Part shown: positions 1-13,922 of the stretch, piece by piece
How positions within the stretch are numbered: the first letter of the stretch is position 1
Layout of the letters: the number at the start of each line of letters is the position of its first letter
Origin: Macrostomum lignano
Lineage: Eukaryota
Direction: 5' to 3'
Length of the DNA stretch: 64,000 nt
NCBI GenBank assembly: GCA_002269645.1
Contig: NIVC01000641.1
Location: 1-64,000 of the forward strand
The notes under the pieces: model-generated
The model's database searches: none
Told to the model about the DNA's origin: nothing
Seen by the model: only the letters and a program-made list of their open reading frames with translations
Position numbers and translations under genes: made by a program

Positions 1-1191
1 GCCAGAGTAAATGCTTAGAGAAATCAGCCAGAAAAATCAGCTTGGAGAGAAATGAATCATATCATTTTACTAGTCTTTAAATAATGCTATCATTTAAATA
101 GTAGGTTTTATTAGTTACTACTATTTTAATACTACTGTCATTTAGTATTAGCATTTTAATAGTCACATTTTAATACTATTGTCATTTTAATAGTAGTGTT
201 TAAATAGTAGCATTTTAATAGTACTGCCATACTACTGCAGGTTGTCAGAATCTCTTGTACACTTTAGCTGTCATAAGATCTTGTCTCATGTGTCCACAGT
301 ATAGCAATCCATGGAAGGTTGGCGAACACTGTGGAATCAAGACTCTTTGGCAAGAGAGCAATGACTTTGTTGCTGGTGTCATCCAGATCCATTATTAATA
401 GAACATCATATTAGATTTCAGGTGGGTCATAGAATGCATAGATTTGATAATATTTGGTAATAGATTTGCTGTTGGCTATTGCAACTTGTCTTGGGGTCTG
501 GAGCTCATAGCATCCTCATAGTTGCTACTTCAATTGGTTGCCATGGTGCTGATGCGCCCAAAGATTGTTGAGTTTCTTTACACCATTTATGCTGTCTCTG
601 TCCTTGTCTTCTTCAGTTAGTACGTGGTGGCTCTATGTAGGGCAATATGTAGGGCAACACTTGCAAGTAATGAGAATGGTGGGCTGGTTTGTGCAGCTCT
701 GTTAGCTTGCTGTCGGCTGTTAGAGTTGCTTGCAGCGTCGCCTCTTCATTGGACTCTTTTTCTTTGGTTGCTTCCTCTTCTGCCGGGCTGATGGCTTCTT
801 GCTTGGTCCCCACTACCACACTTGCATACAAAAATATCAAATTTATATAATTGCTTTAGTTAAGCCTAGGGACTTCAATAAAGCCCCCATGTCCCATATC
901 TAGAGTAAAGGTGTTGCACTAGGATGTCTACTAATACTATCTGTATGTGGCATTAATGATTTATTATTTGTTTTATGCACGCCATTTCTATATTAGATCT
1001 CAATCTTGCTTACAATAATTTGGGGACTTGTCCAGACTTTTCCTAGCCTATTCAATGCCCAAATCTGCTAATTGAGTATCAATCAATACTATATGCAATA
1101 AAGCTTTGATCTCCCTAGGCTGGTCAGCTAGGCTCACTAAACCGTTTTCTGCCCACCCAGTGCAAACCACCCCGACCATGACTCCAGCGCG

Positions 1192-1680
1192 ATGACTTCC
1201 CTAGCCAAACGAAGCACGTGGAACGCGAGGTGCTGAACAATTTCAGTCTGCCGGACCCGGCCAAGGCCAGCAGGTTGTCCGCGTGTTGGCCTCTCGCCGC
1301 AACAATCTGCACGAGGTTCAAACAGCGAGGGGAGACCTTCCTGGCCTCCATGCCGACTAAGTTCCGGCGCCACGTGTGGATCAAACGCGGCGACTTCGTG
1401 CTCACGGAGCCGATCGCCGAAGGCGTCCGGGTTCGCGCGGAGATCGCCGCCGTGTTGCTCAACGATCAGATCGACTATCTGGTTCGCAATGGCGCCTGGC
1501 CGGAGGCCTTCCTGCCTGACTTGGCTGGCCGTCAAGGCCTCTCCAGGCTGGCGGCGGCAGCTGCTTCGACGACGCCGCCAGGCTGAATCCTGCGGCGGCG
1601 TGCCGGCCGACATGCTGCCGCCGACCAGCGATACAGAGAGCGAGGACGACTTGGACGCGGGTGTGAATCCGGATGCGTGA
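1192..1680 (+). pseudogene. EIF1AD: EIF1AD-like (eIF1A/S1-domain RNA-binding protein) with about 4 frameshifts; pseudogene or erroneous consensus
   Basis: Segments in different frames match EIF1AD motifs in order: MTSLAKR (ATG 1192, frame 1) / HVEREVLNNFSLPDPAK (frame 0) / QQVVRVLASRRNNLHEVQTA (frame 2) / GETFLASMPTKFRRHVWIKRGDFVLTEPIAEGVRVRAEIAAVLLNDQIDYLVRNGAWPEAF (frame 0) / acidic tail VPADMLPPTSDTESEDDLDAGVNP (frame 1). Read straight from ATG 1192 it stops at 1234-1236. Confidence 0.85.
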
Positions 1681-1808
1681 GGGTGTGAATCCGGATGTAA
1701 GGTTGTGAATCCGGATGCCTGAGGGTGTGAATCCGGATGCGTAAGGGTGTGAATCCGGATGCCTGAGGGTGTGAATCCGGATGTGAGGGTGTGAATCCGG
1801 ATGTGAGG
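1659..1808. repeat. Minisatellite, 7 units of 20-22 bp (GAGGGTGTGAATCCGGATGC-type), overlapping the 3' end of EIF1AD
   Basis: TGTGAATCCGGATG recurs 7 times; the first copy encodes the VNPD end of the gene. Confidence 0.95.
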
Positions 1809-2204
1809 ATGCGAGTTTGATGCTCTTCAGCATCACCAAAGAACATTTGGATAGAGTTACAATTTTAAAACCGTGAAGCATGCGCAGTGCCTAACTGCTG
1901 AATTCATGGTGTGCAGCCAATACGCTCCATATTGCAGATTTGTCTTATTATTGCATTTTACATGCTATTATCTGATTCATAGTTGTACTGCCATGCATGC
2001 GGATTAGCTCGTATTGCTTCAAATTTGTCACTATTGCTACTTTAAGTAAACAGAATTCGGTTATAGATGCTAATAGCTCGTACGAATGTGTGATTAGCGA
2101 GTTTTAAATCTGCTCCTTCGCGTCTTGAAGTTTTGATAAATTTTATCTATATAGGTGGTCAACCAGCACTTGCTCGACAGACAAGCAGCGGGATCACAGA
2201 TAAG

Positions 2205-3785
2205 ACTGGCACTGAGACACACCGAAATGGAGGCAGACAGGCACCGAGACACACCGAAATGGAGGCAGACAGGCACTGAGACACACCGAAGTGGAGACAG
2301 ACAGGCAACGAGACACACCGAAGTGGAGCGGACAGGCACCGAGACACACCGAAGTGGAGGCAGACAGGCACCGAGACACACCGAAGTGGAGACAGACAGG
2401 CACTGAGACACACCGAAGTGGAGGCGGACAGGCAACGAGACACACCGAAGTGGAGGCGGACAGGCACCGAGACACACCGAAATGGAGGCAGACAGGCACT
2501 GAGACACACCGAAGTGGAGACAGACAGGCAACGAGACACACCGAAGTGGAGGCGGACAGGCACCGAGACACCCGAAGTGGAGGCAGACAGGCACCGAGAC
2601 ACACCGAAGTGGAGACAGACAGGCACTGAGACACACCGAAGTGGAGGCAGACAGGCACCGAGACACACCGAAATGCAGACAGACGCACTGAGACACACCG
2701 AAGTGGAGACAGACAGGCACTGAGACACACCGAAGTGGAGGCAGACAGGCACCGAGACACACCGAAATGCAGACAGACGCACTGAGACACACCGAAGTGG
2801 AGGCAGACAGGCACTGAGAAACACCGAAGTGGAGACAGACAGGCGCTGAGACACACCGAAGTGGAGACAGACAGGCACCGAGACACACCGAAATGCAGAC
2901 AGACGCACTGAGAACACACCGAAGTGGAGACAGACAGGCACTGAGACACACCGAAGTGGAGACAGACAGGCACTGAGACACACCGAAGTGGAGACAGACA
3001 GGCACTGAGACACACCGAAGTGGAGGCAGACAGGCACCGAGACACCGAAGTGGAGGCAGACAGGCACCGAGACACCGAAGTGGAGGCAGACAGGCACCGA
3101 GACACCGAAGTGGAGGCAGACAGGCACCGAGACACCGAAGTGGAGACAGACAGGCACCGAGACACCGAAGTGGAGGCAGACAGGCACCGAGACACACCGA
3201 AGTGCAGGCAGACAGGCACTGAGACAACCGAAGCGGAGGCAGACACGCACTGAGACACACCGAAGTGGAGGCAGACAGGCACCGAGACACACCGAAATGG
3301 AGGCAGACAGGCACCGAGACACACCGAAATGGAGGCAGACAGGCACTGAGACACACCGAAGTGGAGGCAGACAGGCACCGAGACACCGAAGTGGAGGCAG
3401 ACAGGCACCGAGACACCGAAGTGGAGGCAGACAGGCACCGAGACACCGAAGTGGAGGCAGACAGGCACCGAGACACCGAAGTGGAGACAGACAGGCACCG
3501 AGACACCGAAGTGGAGGCAGACAGGCACCGAGACACACCGAAGTGCAGGCAGACAGGCACTGAGACACACCGAAGCGGAGGCAGACACGCACTGAGACAC
3601 ACCGAAGTGGAGGCAGACAGGCACCGAGACACACCGAAATGGAGGCAGACAGGCACCGAGACACACCGAAGTGGAGGCAGACAGGCACTGAGACACACCG
3701 AAGTGGAGGCAGACAGGCACCGAGACACACCGAAGTGGAGGCAGACAGGCACTGAGACACACCGAAGTGGAGACAGACAGGCAAG
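2205..3785. repeat. Minisatellite, 32-bp unit GACAGGCACCGAGACACACCGAAGTGGAGGCA with 30-bp variant blocks, about 50 units
   Basis: Direct periodicity; 30-bp blocks at about 3000-3180 and 3360-3520 form a higher-order duplication. Explains ORFs 2094..3876. Confidence 0.97.
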
Positions 3786-4409
3786 ACTCCTATTTGATAA
3801 ATCGACGATTGACTGCACGACAAAAGTCAACAATTGCCACTCGTGTTGCACCAGAGCACTTGCTAATAGTTTTTAATGTAATATATTTCATGCTCATTGA
3901 CATCAAAATAATGGGTTTACGAGCTAAAGGAAAACTATGCCGTTTTATTAAGTTTATATTCTGTCATTTAAGGACATCGTTGAGTGGTGCATCGACATGC
4001 ATGTTACGAGCGTTGTTGTATAAGATAAGAAAACAAGAATTGCCAAACGTCTCAAGGGGATCGAGAAGGGACAATATTGAAAAAGTGACAGGTAGTTTAG
4101 TTAGGAATGCTTTTATTTGAACAGCATTAATCGATTAATTGCGATTAATTAATTGGCCTCAATTATAATAATTCCATTGCATATCACGTGAATATCCATG
4201 ACGGTCTGAGGGCTGTAGCATTTAAAGCTTGGGCTGCAAGCTCGGTCTGAGCAGGCTATTTTTTGCTCAATCCCAAGTTTTAGCATTCAAAATTTCCAGA
4301 AATAATACGCAACAGCATTAATAGGCTGCAGATAGTTGAAATTACAAGCTGAAATGTCAAAGCGCTATGGCTCGTTTCAATGAGATCATCGGCTGCTGGG
4401 CCGGCAGAG

Positions 4410-6711
<2,302 letters not shown>

Positions 6712-6715
6712 CTCT

Positions 6716-7160
6716 TATAACTTCCGGTTTTTGCCAGTGGTAACTTCCGGTTAAGAATTAGTAGCTTCCCGTTTTGAATTGGTACTTCCGGTTAGGAATT
6801 AGTAGCTTCCGGTTGGGAATTAGTAGCTTCCGGTTAGGAATTAGTAGCTTCCGGTTGGGAATTAGTAGCTTCCGGTTGGGAATTGAGTAGCTTCCGGTTA
6901 GGAATTAGTAGCTTCCGGTTAGGAATTAGTAGCTTCCGGTTGGGAATTAGTAGCTTCCGGTTAGGAATTAGTAGCTTCCGGTTAGGAATTAGTAGCTTCC
7001 GGTTGGGAATTAGTAGCTTCCGGTTGGGAATTGAGTAGCTTCCCGTTTTAAATTGATAACTTCCGGTTAGGAATTAGTAGCTTCCAGTTAGGAATTAGTA
7101 GCTTCCGGTTAGGAATTAGTACCTTCCAGTTAGGAATTAGTAGCTTCCCGTTTTGAATTG
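6716..7160. repeat. Minisatellite, 21-bp unit TTCCGGTTAGGAATTAGTAGC, about 20 units, abutting the 5' end of TP53I11 exon 1
   Basis: Direct periodicity; an isolated unit recurs at about 7725-7752. Confidence 0.95.
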
Positions 7161-8524
7161 GTAATGTAGTAGGGCATTATTTTAGGAACGGGAACTAGTT
7201 GTGGGGAAGTATGCTTTTTGCCTACTATCGGTAGTTTTAACCCGGGGAAATAATTGGAGCGGGGGTAAATCGCTAGTTTTCGGGATCCTTAGGAACTACA
7301 GAGCAGTTGGGCTCTTGGAAAAGCATCTCTGGCATGCGCGTCTTGCGTTACGACAATCCAATCAACAAGAAATTCGGTAAGAGAAAGGAAGTATAGGGGA
7401 AACTAAATAGGAATTGCACAAGAGGAGTCTTGCCTCTGAATTAATGGGAGTCTTGCCCAAGCACAATTAACGGAAATAGGAATAAAAGGGAATTAATGTA
7501 ACTAACCTTTTTTGTACGTTAAGCATATTATTGTTCACTTATTATTAACACTTATGTTATTAAAATCTCATTGGTGTCCCGACTCAATTCTTTAAATCTA
7601 AATACCAGAATTAGGGAAAGCAGGAACCTGGTGGCAGCGAAATCTACCCGAAAATCCCGAAAATCCACTAAGTTCTAAAGTAGACAAAACCAGTAAGCCT
7701 AGACTGCAGGTACCAGGCTTGTCCAGTAACTTCCGGTTAAGAATTGGTAGCATCTAACTGAAAACTGTAACTTCCAGTCTTCTCTAATCATTATATCTAT
7801 GATTTTTTTATTTTAATGGCCTGTTCGGAAATGAGGACATCCGCCTTGGAGAGGAGAAAATCCCCTTTTTATTGAAAAGTTTTTCTCTGTTTCGTTTGCC
7901 ATAAATTTTTATTGCGAAACTGCCCTTTACTAGAATTTTCTATTCATAGAGTCAGAAGCCCCAATAAAATTGGAAGCAATCAGCCAAACAGCTCTATTAA
8001 ACGGAGCTAAAAAGTCAGTTTATTGCATAAGAAAGTCGGTCAGGTAACTGTTCAGCTGTTCCAGGAAACTCCAGAAAGGTTTTAGCTGTAAAAGTGCAAT
8101 AGGAGGTCATCGCCCTGGCCCTCTGTATTGAGAATCGGCTATTCAGGATGAACTCAAGCAACTGGCAGCTGTGATTGACAGGTGTGAAGTGACGCAAAAT
8201 TCCTGGGTGAGTCTCATACGAGGGGTGCTCCAGCTTCCGGACTCCAATCAACGGTTCACTCAGTATGGCACAAATTTACTCAGTTTAGTATGTACATCTT
8301 TTGAGTTTACAAGTCAAATATAGAGGCATCACTATCAATATGTGTCTCTCACATCAACTCCAATGGAATTCTTGCTCACGCTCGGTCATAAATTTTTACT
8401 ATCACAAAAGAGATATTACTATCTCGGACTCTGCCCGAGCCTCTAGCGATGCTGCACCTTTGCGAGCTACTGTTCGTCCGGTCGAGTGCAGCTCGAAGAC
8501 GAAGCTCTTGAGCAGGGATCGGCA

Positions 8525-9075
8525 AACTATGACACCCTACACTATGACACCCTACCCTATGACACCCTACACTATGACACCCTACCCTATGACACCCTAC
8601 ACTATGACACCCTACACTATGACACCCTACACTATGACACCCTACCCTATGACACCCTACACTATGACACCCTACCCTATGACACTCTACCCTATGACAC
8701 TCTACCCTATGACACCCTACACTATGACACCCTACACTATGACACCCTACCCTATGACACCCTACCCTATGACACTCTACCTATGACACTCTACCCTATG
8801 ACACCCTACCCTATGACACCCTACACTATGACACCCTACCCTATGACACCCTACCCTATGACACCCTACCCTATGACACTCTACCCTATGACACCCTACA
8901 CTATGACACCCTACCCTATGACACCCTACCCTATGACACCCTACCCTATGACACCCTACCCTATGACACTCTACCCTATGACACCCTACCCTATGACACC
9001 CTACCCTATGACACCCTACCCTATGACACCCTACACTATGACACCCTACCCTATGACACCCTACCCTATGACATC
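8525..9075. repeat. Minisatellite, 15-bp unit ATGACACCCTAC(C/A)CT, about 36 units
   Basis: Direct periodicity; produces the MTPYP/YDTLP artefact ORFs. Confidence 0.97.
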
Positions 9076-9779
9076 AACCTTATAACAGACCTAATCGGAA
9101 TTCACTCACTTCTCAAGCAACCTCGGCCGGTGAGTGATGTCACAGCTGTCTGATTCGACCATCTGCATCGAGAAACTGCTATAAGAATTTTGTCTCTCTC
9201 TGGGCAAAGACCCGAGCAGGTATTCCATATTTTTTATGGAATTCAACAGAATTCGCCCAGCCAATCCTTGCCTTACTCAAGTAAATCAGTGTCGAACCGA
9301 TAAAAACGCAGACATTTCTACTCTCAGTAGGCTGTCGCGAGTTGTTGCTAGCAGTTTTTTGGTCAATAAAATCATGGACAACTCCAGTGTTTCGGAACCA
9401 TTAAATTATTTTGCTAGCAGGTAAATGAATCTTTTACTTCCATCAGCAGATCGAATTCTCTCTGGAGAGTCCGGGCTGATGCAGCACCACCAAATCCAGC
9501 CACAAATCCGCTCAGTCTGACTTTTTATCGCAGTTTAATGCGAGTGGACTCCCAGTGATTGATGAAGCTGGATCTCAGCCCCCCCCCTAGTTTCCGGCTT
9601 TAGCCAGCTGTCATAAAATATCAGGCCAGCTGTCTGTGCCGCAGGTGAGCAATCTGATAATTGCTGTCTGAAGAGCAGCTGCCCAGCTATAAAACTGGGA
9701 CAGGCGGGGCGGCTCGCTGTAGCTGAGTGTCTGGCATGGGATTCGCACCTTAGAGGATCTGCAGACTAGGGGGTTCGAA

Positions 9780-10598
9780 AACATGGGATTTGAGGACATG
9801 GGATTTGAGGACATGGGATTTGAGGACATGGGATTTGAGGACATGGGATTTGAGGACATGGGATTTGAGGGCATGGGATTTGAGGACATGGGATTTGAGG
9901 ACATGGGATTTGAGGACATGGGATTTGAGGACATAGGATTTGAGGACATGGGATTTGAGGACATGGGATTTGAGGACATGGGATTTGAGGACATGGGATT
10001 TGAGGACATGGGATTTGAGGACATGGGATTTGAGGACATGGGATTTGAGGACATGGGATTTGAGGACATGGGATTTGAGGACATGGGATTTGAGGACATG
10101 GGATTTGAGGACATGGGATTTGAGGACATGGATTTGAGGACATGGGATTTGAGGACATGGGATTTGAGGACATGGGATTTGAGGACATGGGATTTGAGGA
10201 CATGGGATTTGAGGACATGGGATTTGAGGACATGGGATTTGAGGACATGGGATTTGAGGACATGGGATTTGAGGACATGGGATTTGAGGACATGGGATTT
10301 GAGGACATGGGATTTGAGGACATGGGATTTGAGGACATGGGATTTGAGGACATGGGATTTGAGGACATGGGATTTGAGGACATGGGATTTGAGGACATGG
10401 GATTTGAGGACATGGGATTTGAGGACATGGGATTTGAGGACATGGGATTTGAGGACATGGGATTTGAGGACATGGGATTTGAGGACATGGATTTGAGGAC
10501 ATGGGATTTGAGGACATGGGATTTGAGGACATGGGATTTGAGGACATGGATTTGAGGACATGGGATTTGAGGACATGGGATTTGAGAACATAGGATTT
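9780..10598. repeat. Minisatellite, 15-bp unit GGGATTTGAGGACAT, about 54 near-identical units
   Basis: Direct periodicity with rare single-G deletions; produces the MGFED/LRTWD artefact ORFs. Confidence 0.98.
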
Positions 10599-10607
10599 GA
10601 AGATCAA

Positions 10608-10716
10608 TCCTTATCTCCGTGAGAATCACCCTCACTTCCGTGAGAATCGCCCTCACCCTCCGTGAGAATCGCCCTCTCCTCCGTGAGAATCGCCCTCACC
10701 TCCGTGAGAATCACCA
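10608..10716. repeat. Minisatellite, 21-bp unit CCGTGAGAATCGCCCTCACCT, about 5 units
   Basis: Direct reading. Confidence 0.9.
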
Positions 10717-11369
10717 TTCAATGATTCTCTAGGATTGAAACCGACCCAGTTCTGAATTCAGAAATGCTATGGCGGCAGCGCAGTCCGGTCCATCAATTCC
10801 CCAGCAGGAAGTCATCCAAGCCAGTCGTCTGTCCCAAAAGCCGGCCGCAGACGCCAGCAATAAAAAAGCAATTTCAGAGATGAAATTCGGCAGAAATAAA
10901 TGAAACCGCGCACCGCTCAGTGACCCGGCCGACATCCTCGCAGCTGGGCGATCGAGAGAGCAGCCGTTCCGCCATCTCGGAGCTGAGGTCTGAAATTTCA
11001 ATTAACCTTCATTTGTAGCCTCTGCCGCAGTTAATTGTTAATCTCTTGGCCTACCTTTTTTCTAGAAATCTTGTTTCCTGTTGGACTGTCAACGGAGATT
11101 AGCGGGCTCTCAGACGGCTCCCTGTGCCAGATAAAAACTGCAGTTGGGCATGCAGCAGAGGCCAGAGTCCAACCCCACTCATGCCAGACTGCACTGTCCA
11201 ATGACAGCGGCTTCTGATTCGCCATCTCTTCTTCAAGTGTCCCGTCACTTTCCGCTACTGCAGTAGCAGTTCTGTCTTTGCCTGTGTCTTCTCTCCTTGC
11301 TCTTCATCCCTGTTTCTCAAGTTCGACCTGTTTTCTGTTCCCTTTAAGTCCTCTCATCTCTGCTTTAAG

Positions 11370-11760
11370 TCCCCTACTCTCTCCCGCATGTCCCTCTACT
11401 CTCTCCCGCACGTCCCTCTACTCTCTCCCGCAAATCCCTCTACTCTCTCCCGCAAATCCTTTTACTCTCTCCCGCAAATCCCTTTACTCTCTCCCGCAAA
11501 TCCCTTTACTCTCTCCCGCAAATCCCTTTACTCTCTCCCGCAAATCCCTTTACTCTCTCCCGCAAATCCCTTTACTCTCTCCCGCAAATCCCTTTACTCT
11601 CTCCTCAAGGCGTCTACTCTCTCCCTCAAGTCCCTCTACTCTCTCCCGTACGCCCCTCTACTCTCTCCCTCATGTCCCTCTAGTCTCTCCCTTATGTCCC
11701 TCTACTCTCTCCCTTATGTCCCCAACTCTCTCCCCCAAGGCGTCTACTCTCTCTTCTCCA
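11370..11760. repeat. Pyrimidine-rich minisatellite, 22-bp unit CCTTTACTCTCTCCCGCAAATC, decaying 3' into CT-rich sequence
   Basis: Direct reading. Confidence 0.9.
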
Positions 11761-12344
11761 ACTCCCAACTCTCTTCTGTTATCTCACCTCTCCCTCCCTT
11801 CTCTCCCTCTTTCCAATGCTACCTCGTCTCTCCTCTCTCTCTCAGCTTCCCCTCCATTCCAGGCGTTCTGTTCTCATTTTCTCTTTGCCCTCCCTCAAAC
11901 TGGTCCCCCAGTGCTCTCCTCCCCCAGACGCCGGGCATAAAGCGTTCCGCGCACCGCTCCGCCCGGGCCTTGGGGCGGTTAGCACTCCCTGCCCCACTGA
12001 GTGGCAGTCCCAGCGCCCCGGACGCCACCCGCCTCCCAACCACGCAACTGAAGCGAGCTTTTAAAGGAAAATAGGACCCACAGTTCGGGGCGCTGGGAAA
12101 TTAATCCCATATCCTGAGCTGCTGGCTTGGAGCGCTTATCCAATATTCTGCGACATCTGCGCTGCTGCTCGACCTCCTCATTCATTATTTGATTTTCGCT
12201 CCCCCTTCTCCCAGTGAAAGCACCGAATCCCCCTTGGCCCTTCACCAAGCCATCAATCCAAGGAACAGGGCTGCTGACAAGGGGCCTGGCCTGTCTTGCA
12301 GTGCTGCACTAACTGTGTCTTCTCACCTTTCTATAAATAACTGC

Positions 12345-12890
<546 letters not shown>

Positions 12891-13922
12891 ATAATGTTGA
12901 TAATATTAAAATGATATACTATGCACGCCCCGGTTGCTACTACAAGTAGTAAAATATGAGAGCTTATCTATCTGCGACATGCTTTATCTTGCTTACGAGT
13001 AGATGACAAAGAACAGAGAAGGAAGTCGTGGCACTGAAATGCATTAATCAAACCAGTAAAAGCTGCTCCAAAATTTGTGTACACGACTCAAGGGAAGGAG
13101 AAGAATAGCCCAAAAGAAGTGAAACAATGCATCAATTGTATTCTCAGCAGCTGAACCTGACGGTGCTTCTGGGTCGCCTCCTCTGCTTTGTGTTGCGTTA
13201 AAATTATTTGGCCCCACTAACGACATTTGACAGGCGGGTTGCTGAAACATTGTCGAAAGCAGGACAACTTCGTCTCGATTTTTTACATTAACTTAATTCA
13301 ATCTTGGTCTGTCATAAACAAACTGAAACTCTTATTTCAATTTTGCCCAAATAAAACAGAAGCCCATTTCAGTCGCACTCTCTTCCCATCCCTCATACCC
13401 CATAAGCCCCCCATATCTCTCTGCTGCTAACATTCACCAGCTAATTCTGCATTGAAAGGCGTGAGCGAGAGGCTCATGCAGCTATGAGGGACGGAACGGG
13501 CGGCCGAACCCCCCCCCCCCGGTAGCAAGTCCTTCCTTCCTCTGAAGCCTTGCCCGCCGCCTGAAACACCCGCCCTGGGAGTGCGGCAGGGAGAGAACTG
13601 GGGGCCAGCCTCCATCATCTGTTGCCAGGGTGAGGGAGAAAAAACTGCCTGCTAGGCAGAGCCGACTCGCTAAAGAACTGCGCAGGAAAGTGAGGAAACT
13701 TGCAGCGAAAAAGGAGCTCTTATCTTCTCGTACCCTCCTGTAGCCCCCGCAGCGCCTCTTCCCCGCTACAGACTCTGGCTGCCGCCACCCCGCGGAATGC
13801 CCCCTGTTGAATTGGCAAGAGAATCAATGAGTTCTGACTAACGGAGACAAGGCAGAAAGTTTGAGCACAGTGCAGCCTTAACTGTGAGCACAACTGCTGG
13901 GATTCGAGGAAACAGCTTCAAC

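Noticed and set aside
240-840. Minus-strand coding-like text (ORF 613..840 and the fragment YAFYDPPEI*YD, vaguely integrase-like)
   Set aside because: Multiple stops and no convincing motif series; at most a decayed element that cannot be assigned.
1124-1881. Antisense ORFs over EIF1AD, and similar shadow ORFs over GRAMD1, the rhodanese and 28967-30646
   Set aside because: Expected stop-poor antisense frames of GC-rich coding exons.
2094-3876. ORFs of 500-585 aa (CVSVPVCLHFG / EADRHRDT repeats)
   Set aside because: Translations of a stop-free 32/30-bp minisatellite; open in several frames on both strands.
8301-10656. MTPYP, MGFED, SNPMS and CPQIP repeat ORFs
   Set aside because: Products of 15-bp tandem arrays; no unique coding context.
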